Source of the DNA: Escherichia coli
GTDB lineage: Bacteria > Pseudomonadota > Gammaproteobacteria > Enterobacterales > Enterobacteriaceae
DNA: 64,000 nucleotides
Assembly: GCF_044324785.1 (NCBI RefSeq)
Contig: NZ_CP172127.1
Reading direction: 5' to 3' (one strand)
Shown here: one piece after another, positions 42,823 to 58,700 of the stretch
How the letters are laid out: every line of letters starts with the position of its first letter
Numbering within the stretch: position 1 is the stretch's first letter
The notes under the pieces: model-generated
What the model saw: only the letters and a program-made list of their open reading frames with translations
Told to the model about the DNA's origin: nothing
Database searches by the model: none
Translations under genes and position numbers: made by a program

Positions 42823-45800
42823 TTAACCGCTAATCTGCTCCATCGCCTGCAAAATACGCTTATCTGAAATCGGATAAGGCGTACCAAGTTGTTGAGCGAA
42901 GTAACTAACGCGCAACTCTTCTATCATCCAACGGATCTCTTTCACGTCTTCATCCTCACGACGTGCGGGCGGCAGTTTGTTGATCCATTGCTGCCACGCC
43001 TGCTGGACGTTTTCGACTTTCAGCATCTGAGCACGGTCGCGATGCGGATCAACCGCCAGTTTTTCCAGCCGTTTTTCAATCGCCTGCAAATATCGCAGCG
43101 TGTCGCCCAGCCGTTTAAAACCGTTGCCAGTGACAAAACCGCGATACACCAGCCCGCCCATCTGCGCTTTAATGTCAGAAAGCCCCAGCGCCATGGTCAT
43201 ATCCACCCGCCCTTTCAGGCGTTTGTTGATATTGAACACTGCCGTAAGGATTTGCTCGACCTGCTTTGCAATATCCACCACCGTGTCGTTCAGTTCAGCG
43301 CGAACTTTTTCATGCAGCGCAGCAAAGCCTTCTTCCGTCCAGACCGGGCCACCATTGGCGTCGATCAGTTGATCCACACCGCAGGAGATACAGTCGTCGA
43401 TCAGCTCCAGCACTTTGCCATACGGGTTAAAGTACAGCCCAAGTTTGGCTTTGTTTGGCAACTTCTCATGCAAGTATTTGATTGGTGAAGGAATATTCAG
43501 CAGCAGTAAACGACGAAGACCGTTCCACATCGCTTGCTTTTGTTCCAGCGGGTTATCAAACAGTTTGATCGCCACGCTGTCGCGCTCATCCACCAACGCT
43601 GGCCACGCCTTCACTTTGTAGTTGCCACGCTTCTGTTCGTAGCTTTCCGGCAGCTGACCAAAACTCCAGATATGTAAGCCGCTCTGCTCGATACCGTCAT
43701 CCGCCACCGCAGACAGCGTTTCCTGCACTTTGCCTTTCAGAGCATCTTTCAGATCCTGTAATGAGCGCCCTTCTTTTAACTTCTTGTTTTTGTCATCCAC
43801 CACACGGAAGGTGATTTTCAGGTGATCGGGCACCTGATCCCAGTGCCAGTCTTCGCGGTCAACGGTGACGCCAGTCATCCGCCGTAGCTCTCGTTCAAGA
43901 CTGTCGAGCAACGGCAATTCCAGCGGTGTGACGCGGCCTAGAAACGCTTCGGCGTAGTTTGGCGCGGGCACAAAATTACGGCGTACTGGTTTCGGCAACG
44001 ATTTAATCAGTGCGATGATCAGTTCACGACGCAGGCCGGGGATCTGCCACTCAAACCCGTTCTCCTCAACCTGATTAAGCAGCGGCAGCGGGATATGCAC
44101 AGTCACACCGTCAGCATCCGCGCCGGGCTCAAACTGATAACTCAAACGCAGCTTGAGATTGCCCTGATGCCAGAAGTTCGGGTAATCCAGCTTGCTGATC
44201 TTTTCCGCCCCTTCTTTGATCAACATGCTCTTTTCAAAGTTGAGCAAATCAGGCGTTTCGCGGCTGACTTTTTTCCACCAGCTGTCGAAGTGACGTGCGG
44301 AGATCACATCGTGGCTGATGCGCTGGTCGTAAAACTCAAACAGCGTTTCGTCATCCACCAGAATATCGCGGCGACGTGTTTTGTGTTCCAGTTCTTCCAC
44401 TTCGGCCCGTAGTTTCAGGTTTTCACGGAAGAATGCGTGACGCGTCTGCCAGTCACCTTCCACCAGCGCATGGCGAATAAAGAGTTCACGGCATAACGCC
44501 GGATCGATCTGGCTGTAGTTGACCTTACGCGCGGCAACAATCGGCAACCCGTAAACAGTGACTTTTTCCGTTGCCATCACCGCGCCCTGCGCCCGTTCCC
44601 AGTGTGGTTCGCTGTAGGTGCGTTTAATTAAATGCTGAGCAACTGGCTCCACCCATTCTGGATCGATGCGTGCCGCAATGCGCCCCCACAGGCGGCTGGT
44701 TTCTACCAGTTCCGCCACCATTACCCATTTCGGCGGTTTTTTAAATAAGCCGGAACCGGGGAAAATGGAGAAACGCGCGTTACGTGCGCCGGTATATTCT
44801 TGTTTATCGGCATCTTTCATGCCGATATGGGAAAGTAAACCCGTCAGCAACGCAATATGAATTTCACGATACTCCGCCGGTTCGCTGTTAACCGGAATGC
44901 CAAGTTCTTTCACCACCTGGCGCAACTGGGTGTAGATATCCTGCCATTCGCGCACGCGCAGATAGTTGAGATAATCGGTACGACACAGGCGACGGAAGGC
45001 GTTTGAAGAAAGCGCCTTTTGCTGCTCGCCAAGATAATTCCACAGATTTACAAACGCGAGGAAGTCGGATTCTTTGTCGTGGAAGCGACGATGTTTTTCG
45101 TCCGATGCCTGCTGTTTGTCCATCGGTCGTTCGCGCGGATCCTGGATGGAGAGCGCGGACGTGATAATCATCGCCTCACGCACGCAGCCATGTTTTTGCG
45201 CTTCCAGCACCATACGCGCCAGACGAGGATCGACAGGCAACTGCGAGAGCTGGCGACCGAGCGGCGTCAGTTTATAGGCGCTGGCCTGTTCATCCGTGGT
45301 GATCGCGCCCAGCTCTTCGAGCAGACGCACGCCATCCTGGATATTACGTTTATCCGGTGCTTCGACAAATGGGAACGCGGCGATATCGCCCAACCCCAGC
45401 GCGGTCATCTGTAAAATAACCGAGGCCAGGTTGGTACGCAGAATCTCCGGATCGGTAAACTCCGGGCGCGAGAGGAAATCGTCTTCGGAATAGAGACGAA
45501 TACAGATCCCTTCGGACACACGACCACAGCGGCCTTTACGCTGGTTGGCAGACGCCTGCGAAATGGGCTCAATCGGCAAACGCTGCACTTTGGTGCGATA
45601 GCTGTAGCGGCTGATACGCGCCGTACCTGGGTCGATAACGTATTTAATCCCCGGTACGGTCAGCGACGTTTCCGCGACGTTGGTCGCCAGCACAATGCGC
45701 CGTCCACTGTGCGACTGGAACACGCGGTTCTGTTCGCTGTTCGAAAGCCGCGCATAAAGCGGCAAGATTTCGGTATGGCGTAAGTTCAGCTTGTTCAGCG

Positions 45801-46725
45801 CATCGGCGGTATCGCGAATTTCCCGCTCACCGCTCATAAAGATCAGAATGTCGCCGGGACTTTCCTGGCTCAGTTCGTCTACGGCGTCAAAAATCGCCTG
45901 CAACTGATCGCGCTCGGTGTCATCGGCTTCTTCAACAATCGGGCGATAGCGCACTTCCACCGGATAGGTCCGACCGGAGACTTCGATAATCGGCGCATTA
46001 TTAAAGTGGCGCGAAAAGCGTTCCGGGTCGATAGTCGCGGAAGTGATAATGATTTTTAGGTCAGGACGCCGCGGCAGCAACTCTTTCAAATAGCCGAGCA
46101 GAAAATCGATATTCAGGCTGCGTTCGTGCGCTTCGTCAATAATGATAGTGTCGTACTGCATCAGCAGGCGGTCTTGCTGGATCTCCGCCAGCAGGATACC
46201 GTCGGTCATCAGCTTGACCATCGTGTTATCACTTACGTGATCGCTGAAACGCACTTTGTAACCGATGCAACCGCCCGGCTCAGTTTTCAGCTCTTCCGCA
46301 ATACGGTTGGCCACCGTTCGTGCCGCCAGACGACGCGGCTGGGTATGGCCGATCAGCCCTTTAATCCCGCGGCCCAACTCCATACAGATTTTCGGTAGCT
46401 GAGTCGTTTTACCGGAACCCGTTTCCCCGGCGACGATCACTACCTGGTGATCACGAATTGCTTCGAGAATGTCCTGCTTTTTCTGACTAACCGGCAAATT
46501 GTCAGGATAAGTGATTTCCGGTCGTGCCGCTTCACGCAGCAGGACTTTCCCTGCCGCATGGTCAATCTCTTTCGCCATCTCCTGGAAAATGGCCTGTTGT
46601 GCATCAGGATTTTTAACCTTCTTCACGCCGTGCAGACGGCGAGAAAAACGCAGTCTGTCGCGCAGCATCAGCGAATCCAGCCGCTGCTGCAAGGCCGTAA
46701 AGGTCAATTTTTGTTGTTCTGTCAT
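42823..46725 (-). CDS. hrpA: ATP-dependent RNA helicase HrpA (DEAH-box)
   Basis: 1300-aa ORF with Walker A GETGSGKTT, DEAH box (IIIDEAHERSL) and helicase C-terminal domains. Confidence 0.95.
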   Translation of the reverse strand: MTEQQKLTFTALQQRLDSLMLRDRLRFSRRLHGVKKVKNPDAQQAIFQEMAKEIDHAAGKVLLREAARPEITYPDNLPVSQKKQDILEAIRDHQVVIVAGETGSGKTTQLPKICMELGRGIKGLIGHTQPRRLAARTVANRIAEELKTEPGGCIGYKVRFSDHVSDNTMVKLMTDGILLAEIQQDRLLMQYDTIIIDEAHERSLNIDFLLGYLKELLPRRPDLKIIITSATIDPERFSRHFNNAPIIEVSGRTYPVEVRYRPIVEEADDTERDQLQAIFDAVDELSQESPGDILIFMSGEREIRDTADALNKLNLRHTEILPLYARLSNSEQNRVFQSHSGRRIVLATNVAETSLTVPGIKYVIDPGTARISRYSYRTKVQRLPIEPISQASANQRKGRCGRVSEGICIRLYSEDDFLSRPEFTDPEILRTNLASVILQMTALGLGDIAAFPFVEAPDKRNIQDGVRLLEELGAITTDEQASAYKLTPLGRQLSQLPVDPRLARMVLEAQKHGCVREAMIITSALSIQDPRERPMDKQQASDEKHRRFHDKESDFLAFVNLWNYLGEQQKALSSNAFRRLCRTDYLNYLRVREWQDIYTQLRQVVKELGIPVNSEPAEYREIHIALLTGLLSHIGMKDADKQEYTGARNARFSIFPGSGLFKKPPKWVMVAELVETSRLWGRIAARIDPEWVEPVAQHLIKRTYSEPHWERAQGAVMATEKVTVYGLPIVAARKVNYSQIDPALCRELFIRHALVEGDWQTRHAFFRENLKLRAEVEELEHKTRRRDILVDDETLFEFYDQRISHDVISARHFDSWWKKVSRETPDLLNFEKSMLIKEGAEKISKLDYPNFWHQGNLKLRLSYQFEPGADADGVTVHIPLPLLNQVEENGFEWQIPGLRRELIIALIKSLPKPVRRNFVPAPNYAEAFLGRVTPLELPLLDSLERELRRMTGVTVDREDWHWDQVPDHLKITFRVVDDKNKKLKEGRSLQDLKDALKGKVQETLSAVADDGIEQSGLHIWSFGQLPESYEQKRGNYKVKAWPALVDERDSVAIKLFDNPLEQKQAMWNGLRRLLLLNIPSPIKYLHEKLPNKAKLGLYFNPYGKVLELIDDCISCGVDQLIDANGGPVWTEEGFAALHEKVRAELNDTVVDIAKQVEQILTAVFNINKRLKGRVDMTMALGLSDIKAQMGGLVYRGFVTGNGFKRLGDTLRYLQAIEKRLEKLAVDPHRDRAQMLKVENVQQAWQQWINKLPPARREDEDVKEIRWMIEELRVSYFAQQLGTPYPISDKRILQAMEQISG

Positions 46726-46916
46726 AACGTTAGTGGGCAGTAGGCTGCCTGATTAATTTTCTTTTAAATGATAGATATAGAGTACCACATCGCGGCTTTC
46801 TATGCGTTGTTCAATAAATTCGAACATAGGCTTCGATTTATTGCGCTATCTCTGTGGCAGGATTGTGAATAAAGTGTCAACAAGCAACGGGGCATCGCCC
46901 ATTCAAACATCTATAA

Positions 46917-47531
<615 letters not shown>

Positions 47532-47584
47532 CCGGACACGGTCTTGATGTGGACTGTAGATATTCAGTCCACATCTCAATCCAC

Positions 47585-50648
<3,064 letters not shown>

Positions 50649-50663
50649 TTACTCTATTTTCCT

Positions 50664-51560
50664 TCAGTAACAGCAGTAGCGAATAAAATAAAAAAATACC
50701 GGAGCGGTGAAAATTAATGAGTCAATCCTGTCAAGGAGTCCGCCATGTCCTGGTAATAGTTTTCCGCTATCTTTAACACCAACATCTCGTTTGATGGCTG
50801 ACATCACTACATCGCCGCAAAAACCACTAATACCAATTAACAAACCCGCTAATAATGCCTGTAATGTATCTAGCGGTGTCAGCAACGGTCCAATAATCAG
50901 TGACGCAATCATGGTGGTGATTACGCCGCCCATCAGACCTTCCAATGTTTTTCCCGGGCTGACTTTAGGGACCACTTTTCTTCTGCCGCAGGATTTTCCC
51001 CATAAATACTGTGCAATATCGTTTGACTCGGTTAATGCCAAAAGAAATAACACCAGTAACGCCCCGCCCTGGATATTTGTGGTTGGCAACATTAATAACC
51101 AGGCGGCATGACTCAAGGTGAAAACGGTCATTATCCAGCCACAAAAAATGGCACTCACGGTATGCAGAAAACCAGAGGGGTCACCCACTAAAACTCGCCA
51201 GGTGGCTAATATCAGAAACCCAGCCAAAGGTATAAATAACAGAAACAGCTCAAAGCAATTAAAACCGATAAGCAAATAGTTAAGAGGAATACCCCAATAT
51301 AACCAACGCGGAAAATGTACAGATATAAGCGTACAATATTCTTTCAATGCCAGAAAACTTATCAGCGCAAAAAACGTCAATGTCATCCAGCGTGGACCTG
51401 AAATCACCATTGAAAAACAAATGACGATGCCCCACCAGGTACGAATACGTAATGTAACTTCATCCCCTTTTCTCTCCGGTAACCGCCATACTAGAAAACG
51501 GTTTATCAGCGTTGCTAAAATTAACAACGCGAAAAGTGTTGCCAGAGATTTTTCCAGCAT
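50664..51560 (-). CDS. ynbB: CDP-diglyceride synthase (CdsA) paralogue
   Basis: 298-aa multi-TM ORF with cytidylyltransferase-like C-terminal region. Confidence 0.85.
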   Translation of the reverse strand: MLEKSLATLFALLILATLINRFLVWRLPERKGDEVTLRIRTWWGIVICFSMVISGPRWMTLTFFALISFLALKEYCTLISVHFPRWLYWGIPLNYLLIGFNCFELFLLFIPLAGFLILATWRVLVGDPSGFLHTVSAIFCGWIMTVFTLSHAAWLLMLPTTNIQGGALLVLFLLALTESNDIAQYLWGKSCGRRKVVPKVSPGKTLEGLMGGVITTMIASLIIGPLLTPLDTLQALLAGLLIGISGFCGDVVMSAIKRDVGVKDSGKLLPGHGGLLDRIDSLIFTAPVFFYFIRYCCY

Positions 51561-52165
51561 TATCTTTCAGCGCTCATAAGAAGCACACTCCGACAACGAT
51601 TAATCGCAGTCCAGAGAAGCAGAATTGAAGCAATGCTCCATAAAAGATTATTCCATTGCATCCATTGTGGATAAATGGCAATGGCCAGCCCCCACAGACC
51701 AAATATTAACGCGCGATCGCTTTTGCCAAATGGACCGACATAACTACAAATACCGTTAATCGTCTGCGCGAGTAAACCGCAAAACTCGGTCAATATGGTG
51801 CAAAATAACATGAGTATCACGAGTGATGCATTACTTTCAGGTAAAAATAAAAACGGTAAATAGAGCGCAATATCGGAAATAACATCGCCAGTCTCATTCA
51901 AAATCGCCCCAAGACGTGTTTGCTGATTGCACTCGCGCGCCAACATGCCATCCAGCGCATTGAGTGCCATACGAATAAAAAGCACGATGGGCAATAGCAA
52001 AAAGAGGATGGGTTGTGCGACCAACATCAACAGCAATCCGGTAAAAAGAGAAAGCGCCAGTGCAGCAAGAGTGATGTGATTCGCTGTAACATGGTGCTTA
52101 TAAAGCCAAAACATCGTCGGCCTTAACAGCGACTGAAAGAGCGGTTTTATCTGGTAGAGCGTCAT
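51560..52165 (-). CDS. ynbA: CDP-alcohol phosphatidyltransferase-family membrane protein
   Basis: Motif DGMLAREC…GAILNETGDVISD fits the D-G-x2-A-R…G-x3-D-x3-D signature. The track ORF extends two codons upstream, to 52171. Confidence 0.85.
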   Translation of the reverse strand: MTLYQIKPLFQSLLRPTMFWLYKHHVTANHITLAALALSLFTGLLLMLVAQPILFLLLPIVLFIRMALNALDGMLARECNQQTRLGAILNETGDVISDIALYLPFLFLPESNASLVILMLFCTILTEFCGLLAQTINGICSYVGPFGKSDRALIFGLWGLAIAIYPQWMQWNNLLWSIASILLLWTAINRCRSVLLMSAER

Positions 52166-52335
52166 TATCAATCCTTGATAATTCTGTTTGCGCTATGGTG
52201 CATCAATTCCCCTGACGGAGATATCGCAACACGCCGCTTCATTAAAAATTCAGAATATATCAAGGTATTGGGGACTCACCGTCAGGAATGCTTATCCCCA
52301 ATAAATCAAGTGGTTAAAAATTATTACGCTGTTAT

Positions 52336-54648
52336 TCAATACAACTCATCAAGTTTTCTCATCGCTTGTTCCCGTATTGCGCGCGTCTTACCGTTAAGCG
52401 CCAGCTGCCGAACTAAATCCAGTTCAGGGTTAACAAGCTCTAACGCCAGCAAAGGATCACGTTTCAGCCTCGCCTTTAATACATCAACTGGAAAACGGGG
52501 ATTATTCATCGCCACAATCCACCACTCGGGATCAATTTCTGCCGCCAGTACTGCAGGCGGTGTGTGGCGGTTGTTAAGTGCGCCGAACTTGAAAAATGTG
52601 AGATTGCTTTTCGCCAGTGTACTCCACCATATACGATCCGGTTGTTTTGCCAGTACATCCAGTTGTGCTAACGCATCGGGGTCTAGTGCATAATAAACAC
52701 GTAACGCTTCGTTAACCTGCGCACGGGAACTGTTTTCCTGCCTCAGAAAAAACTTCGCCCAAATATCATTGCGTGGCATATTTTGCTGTAATTCCTTGAG
52801 GACAACAGCGGGTAAATTATCCCAACTAACTAATGCACTCTCTAAAAAGTCCCAGCCTTCCGAACGTATCAGAGAGGTGGCATTTAATAGCATCTGGTCA
52901 TCAACTTCACCGTGGCTAATCAGCTCAGACAAAATCATATCAGCGCTGGTTTCATATGCATCTGAATCTGCTTTCGGATTATTTTTTCGATGCGATAAAG
53001 CGCGATGCCAAATTTTTTGTTTCATCGCCGTACTCAGATACTGATTTTTCGCCAGATTACTCCACCCCGCAGGATCGTTGAAACGTGTCAATAACCGTTG
53101 TAAAGCAGCGTCAGAGTGAATTACCTGCATATCCCCACAGCAAAAATAGGCAGGAAATTTTTTCTCCATCTTTTTAACAAAATTAAACTGTAAGTTATCT
53201 GGCAATGCTAAAAATAACACACGTATTAGATCATCGTCATTCTCGAATTTTTGGTGTAAATATACTGCTATTTTGTCACTCTCTTGTGGCGTCATCCGCA
53301 ACAATTGACCATGGTGTTTCATCTCTGCCAGCTTTGACGCTAAGCTTGTGACAACATCGTTTGATGAATCGTTCGCCAACTGCATTGCCTGATTGTAGGT
53401 GAGTTGTCCTCCAGCACCGACCTGACGAATAGAGAAATCATCACTGCGGATATAGCCATCAATAATGGATTCGGGCAATAACCACGCATCTTTATAAAGC
53501 TCCTGAATGATCATACCCCAATCTCTTTTCGCCAGAGTCATGACGATATCCAGAGGGAGATTTTCACGTAGCGCAAGATTCAACGGACCGACACCATCAG
53601 GTAGATGACTAATTCGCGTCATTATTTCGACAGAGAGCGGTTCACGGTCGAGCAACCCCAGAACAACAGGCTGGTAACCCAATTGCTGATCGGTCAACTC
53701 CAGAATCTCATTGTCAGGCATATATCTCGCCATACTTGCAATCGTTTGTCCATCATTGCTATTAATAAGTTGTTTGCGTAGGTTAGCTGAAATTCCTTTA
53801 AGCCTTGGGAGAGTTCGCATTATGGCAAGATCAAATGTCGCAATGTCTCGTCCTTCAAATGCAGCAACTTTGCCTTCATCCAGCATTTGTAATTCCTGCA
53901 CTAATTCAGGTGAAGGCTTAGGGCGAAACAGCGCTTCTTTTTTCATCTGATTACAGACATTCCCTGCTATGCGAATATTGCTTCGCTTAAAAATTTCTTT
54001 CAGAGCATCTTCATCATTTATTAGCCCCCAATAATATGCATCAGGATTTATTATCATCAGCGCTTTTTTGACATTTTCAGTGTCATTTTTGTCACTCGCA
54101 CGGACCATGAATTCACTATTTGTCGAAGACGCAACAACAGGTGCAATTATGTCATTGATAAATATCCCACGCGCATTAATACTCCCCTTAATCGTAGACG
54201 GATTATCGTAATATGAGTCGATAAATACCAGTCCACTTGCATTTATCGAACCGGTAATTAACAGTGGTGAATCCGTAACTATATTCGTTGCCGTCACGTT
54301 ACCGAGAATAACCCATGGATTAGAAAGAGAGAAAGTGGAAATATTACCTTTGACTGTCAAATTGCCAAGAACAATCAATTTTTGATTACTCTCTATATTA
54401 CCTTCTACCACTAAATCGCCACGATGCACTTTCCAGTCCGATGCAGATAAACCGAAGGGGACAAGATTCACGCTACTGTTGATAGCTTGTTCAACTTGTT
54501 GTTTATCTTCAGCGGTAGCCGCAGAAAAAAATGGTTCAATATCAACTGCATTTGCAACACATCGAAGTTCCGCCTGTACTGGAAGACTCAGCATAAACAG
54601 GGGAAGTAAACCTATCCAGCTGCAAATCCTGGGCTTAAACATATGCAC
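52336..54648 (-). CDS. ydbD: Large uncharacterised secreted protein YdbD
   Basis: 770-aa ORF with signal peptide; synteny between ynbA and ydbC. Confidence 0.85.
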   Translation of the reverse strand: MHMFKPRICSWIGLLPLFMLSLPVQAELRCVANAVDIEPFFSAATAEDKQQVEQAINSSVNLVPFGLSASDWKVHRGDLVVEGNIESNQKLIVLGNLTVKGNISTFSLSNPWVILGNVTATNIVTDSPLLITGSINASGLVFIDSYYDNPSTIKGSINARGIFINDIIAPVVASSTNSEFMVRASDKNDTENVKKALMIINPDAYYWGLINDEDALKEIFKRSNIRIAGNVCNQMKKEALFRPKPSPELVQELQMLDEGKVAAFEGRDIATFDLAIMRTLPRLKGISANLRKQLINSNDGQTIASMARYMPDNEILELTDQQLGYQPVVLGLLDREPLSVEIMTRISHLPDGVGPLNLALRENLPLDIVMTLAKRDWGMIIQELYKDAWLLPESIIDGYIRSDDFSIRQVGAGGQLTYNQAMQLANDSSNDVVTSLASKLAEMKHHGQLLRMTPQESDKIAVYLHQKFENDDDLIRVLFLALPDNLQFNFVKKMEKKFPAYFCCGDMQVIHSDAALQRLLTRFNDPAGWSNLAKNQYLSTAMKQKIWHRALSHRKNNPKADSDAYETSADMILSELISHGEVDDQMLLNATSLIRSEGWDFLESALVSWDNLPAVVLKELQQNMPRNDIWAKFFLRQENSSRAQVNEALRVYYALDPDALAQLDVLAKQPDRIWWSTLAKSNLTFFKFGALNNRHTPPAVLAAEIDPEWWIVAMNNPRFPVDVLKARLKRDPLLALELVNPELDLVRQLALNGKTRAIREQAMRKLDELY

Positions 54649-54705
54649 TCCATGCCATTAAAAAAGAAACAAAAGGGAAATGCATCTTTCCCTTTTGTAT
54701 ATTCG

Positions 54706-55566
54706 TTATTCTCGCGAAATACCATCCAACGTAGACAACACTTCCTCAGAAAAATGCAATTTTTCAGCAGCCATATTCTCCCGTAAATGCGCAACAGAAG
54801 ATGTTCCAGGAATCAACAAAATATTCGGTGAACGTTGTAACAGCCACGCCAGCGCCACCTGCATTGGTGTTGCACCCAGGCTCGCTGCTACATCCGAAAG
54901 TGTGGAGGATTGCAGCGGCGTAAAGCCCCCAAGCGGGAAGAACGGCACGTAGGCAATGCCATCGCGGGCCAAATCATCAATCATTGCGTCATCAGCACGA
55001 TGAGCAATGTTGTATTCGTTCTGCACACAGACGATTTCGGTAATCTTACGCGCCTCTGCGACCTGCGTCGGTGTGACGTTGCTCAGGCCAATATGTTTTA
55101 CCAGGCCTTGTTGTTGCATCTCTGTCAGCACGGTCAGGCTGGCTTCAATCGATCCTTCCGCCGGGCCATGACCATCCCCCATCATGACGCGCAGGTTAAC
55201 CACATCCAGTACGTCCAGGCCGAGATTACGTAGATTATCGTGTACCGCTTTTTGCAGCTCTGCCGGAGAAAATGCGGGCAACCAGGAAGCATCCTCACCA
55301 CGCCGTGCACCAATTTTAGTGACAATTGTCAGGTCGTCAGAGTAAGGATGTAGCGCTTCGCGGATAATCTGATTGGTGACGTGCGGACCATAAAAGTCGC
55401 TGGTATCAATGTGATTGACGCCCAATGCCAGCGCCTCGCGCAGCACGGTTATAGCAACGTGGCGATCTCTTGGGGGGCCAAAAACCCCAGGGCCTGCCAG
55501 TTGCATCGCGCCATAACCAAGACGGTTAACGGATTTTGTACCGAGAGTAAATGTGTTGCTGCTCAT
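54706..55566 (-). CDS. ydbC: Aldo-keto reductase
   Basis: 286-aa ORF of the AKR family. Confidence 0.9.
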   Translation of the reverse strand: MSSNTFTLGTKSVNRLGYGAMQLAGPGVFGPPRDRHVAITVLREALALGVNHIDTSDFYGPHVTNQIIREALHPYSDDLTIVTKIGARRGEDASWLPAFSPAELQKAVHDNLRNLGLDVLDVVNLRVMMGDGHGPAEGSIEASLTVLTEMQQQGLVKHIGLSNVTPTQVAEARKITEIVCVQNEYNIAHRADDAMIDDLARDGIAYVPFFPLGGFTPLQSSTLSDVAASLGATPMQVALAWLLQRSPNILLIPGTSSVAHLRENMAAEKLHFSEEVLSTLDGISRE

Positions 55567-55719
55567 CGCACCCTGCCCTGTAATAAAACGGATTAAGAAA
55601 AATCAGTATAGAAACGAAAAGAGATAAATAATGCGAAGGCGTAAACAAGATTACTGGATGAGTTGCTCTATTGTCCTTGAAGACACCAAAACAAAACGCC
55701 TAAAGCATCGCATCCGGCA

Positions 55720-55755
55720 ATAAAAAACCGCAACCTGTATCAGCATTGCGGTTTA
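55720..55755 (-). terminator. Rho-independent terminator downstream of ydbA
   Basis: AACCGCAA…TTGCGGTT hairpin with an A6 flank, giving a U-tract on the minus strand, about 20 nt after the ydbA stop. Confidence 0.55.
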
Positions 55756-55773
55756 GGTATCACATGCTAAAAA

Positions 55774-58700
55774 TTAGAACGTTTTCTTGAAGTTCAGCAT
55801 CACGCCTTTATCGCTGATGCCGTCCTCTTTCCAGTGGTAAGCATCCAGATTCAGCGAACTTTCTTTGCTGCTGTACTTCACGCCGACACTTGCCAGGCTG
55901 TTGATGCCGCCGCCCTTCTGTCCGTCATCGACGTTAAAGTGCTGACTGCCTGCGCCTGCCAGGCTTGCCGTACGCTGGCTCTTCGCGTAGCTCAGGTTCG
56001 GCCCGCCTTCCAGCGTAGCGCTAGCGCTCCAGCCGTCTTTACCTGCATAGTCCAGTTTCAGCCCGACGATGCTGTCCACCGCCGTTTCGCTGCCACTGTT
56101 CATATTCAGGTTAAAGTCTCCGGCATTGCGCTCCTGATAGCCACCTTCCAGTGTGTGACGCAGTTTAACACCCGCATATGGCGTAACCTTCAGTCCTTCG
56201 CTCGGTTCGAAAGTCTTCGCCCCTTCGCTGCGGAACTCCAGGTACTGCTGCTTCACGTCGGTATCAGCCGTTTTGTTTGTGTTGCTAAATGCAATCGAAC
56301 GGCTGCTGTCAAGGTTGTGAACGTCATAACGCAATGCGTTATTCCAGTTCATGCCGTTGTCGAAGGACATCTGATGTTTCAGGCCAAAGAACTGGCTATA
56401 ACCGCCTGTAACGCCATTATCACCCGCTTTCTGCGCACCGTCGCCATCGAGGCGCGCGATACCGTACTCCAGACTCATCGTCTGGCTTTCGCTCAGGTCG
56501 ATGGTTTTACGCAGTGCCAGCATGTCGTACTCGGTATTGTTCCCCAGCTCCGCGCGCGGATCGCCTTTCGCCACCACGTTGAACGCCAGACCGTTACCCA
56601 CTTTCGGTGCGGCATCCGCCAGCATGCTAAAGCGGTTGCTGAGCACACGCGCTTCGCGGAATACCGTGGTCGCCTGGCTACCGCTGACCTGTTTCAGGGC
56701 ACTGTTCAGTTCGGCAGTCGTGCCGACGTTCAGGCTGGTATACAGCTCGTTGTTGGTGTAACCCGCATCCAGTGCTTTCGCGACGTCATTAACCGAAGCA
56801 TCGGTCGCCACATCGGTATAAGCGTTTTTGCTCATAGTGACGTCAACGTTGCCGCTGGCATCGGTACTGCCTTTAGCGTTCCAGACAACTGAAGAGGAAG
56901 TGATATTCTCCGCGCCGCTGATATTTTCACCTTTGAAAACATCATCAATCACCACGGTAGTATCAGCAGTTCCTGCACTAAAGCCAGTATTTACCTTGAC
57001 GTTGTCACTGATAACAAGGTTATTGGCTTTCAAGGTGCCGGAACTTCCGTCGCTATTAGTACCAATAGTGTAATTGGTAAGTTTTTGCTGACTTACAGCA
57101 TTGACTGGTGCCGCAGGAACATTACCTTGCCCAGGCGTCGCAGAAGCGACCGGTACGATTATATCCGCAGTTCCATCCTGACTGTTTCTCGTCCCTGTGG
57201 TATTTGGCGCATAAATCTCGCAACCAATATTACACAACAGGTTGATTATCCCATTATTCACAATCGCTTTAGTGGAACCACCAAACGCCCATGAATTATC
57301 TGCATAAACGTTAATGACACCGTCTTTAGTATTATTAATCGTTGTTGCAGAACCATTTCCTTTGATGCCAATCAGACCTTCACCGTTGCTTCCATCTGCT
57401 TTGCCCTGTTCAGTACCCACGTTAATTGTGCCGCTGTTCACTAACTGAACAGTATAGCTGGTGGTGCCTCCGCTAATAGCAACTGAACCATCACCCTGAA
57501 CATTAATTGTTCCGGCGTTAGCAAAATTATACCCGCGACCTAAATCAATCAGTGGAGCATCTGGATTGATACCATTAATTACACCGTTTTCTGTATTCCA
57601 AATCCATTTGCCGTTGCTGTTAGAGCCTGTGCTGGCAGTTTTAATCGCACTGTAACCGTTTGTAGCGATAATTTTGCCGCGGTTAACCTGTGAAAGAGAA
57701 TCACTGGTGCGTGTGATATTAACGATGGCATTTTCCCCTCCCGCAATAGCATTGCCGCTATTTGTAAGCGTTGAGCCGGCTTCATTATAAAGTACGAAAC
57801 TGCCGTTAATTAAGGCACTACCATCTGTGGCAGTTGTCATCTCCCCCGTATTTACAACGTTTTGTTTATAACTATCACCGCTAATTACACCGCTAAAGCT
57901 TCCCTCATTGAAGAAGGCAGACCCGCCTTTTAACATTAACAGTTCGGTTGTCATACTGCCCGAGGCGCGATTGTAAACACTGGCATTGGCAGTAAGCTTG
58001 TCGACATCCATGCTCCCGCTGTTTTCCAGCCCCTGGACAATATTCAAATCACCATTAACTGTCAGGCTGGCCTTATCCTCGTTATATAACCATAGATTGG
58101 CATCGACATCGCCGTTCAGTATTTCTGTACCATAATTAGCCAGCGGTTTAATGGTAACAAAGCCATCTCGGGTAACTGTTTTGGTAATGTTCTCTCCACT
58201 GGCACTCAATTCAGATAACAGTTCCAGATTCTCTGCAGGAGCACCATAATGAGAGTCGGCGCTATCAATTTCCGCTCCGTTGAGATTAATCTCACCATAG
58301 TTGAGGATAATGCCTGTACCATCATTATAAAACGCCTGGCCCGTATCAACATTAATATTGATTACACCAGTTTGGTCGTTTATTGCCGTAGCACCTTTAT
58401 ACACTGCCATCCCTACCAGCGTATTACTACCCAGGTTTGCATCGTAATCTGCATTTTTCTCGAGGTTAATGATTCCCTGGTTAATAACCATATTACTGTT
58501 ACCGTAGGCGGCCATACCGGCACCTGCGTTATATACAGTAATTACACCACCTTCCAGGTTGGTCGCAATAGCGTTGTTACGAGCGCCACCCCCGGTGTCT
58601 GTCCCGGTTGCCATACCAACGCCATAATCTTTTGCCGTTGCCCCCGGAAGATCGGTACGCAAACTGGTGGTGTCATTGTCATCAATCCATAACGTATCCA

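Noticed and set aside
42889-43488. 199-aa + strand ORF and other + strand ORFs inside hrpA
   Set aside because: Antisense or alternate-frame shadows within the well-supported hrpA helicase frame.
55834-56892. 352-aa + strand ORF
   Set aside because: Antisense to the ydbA C-terminal beta-barrel region; no independent SD or domain.
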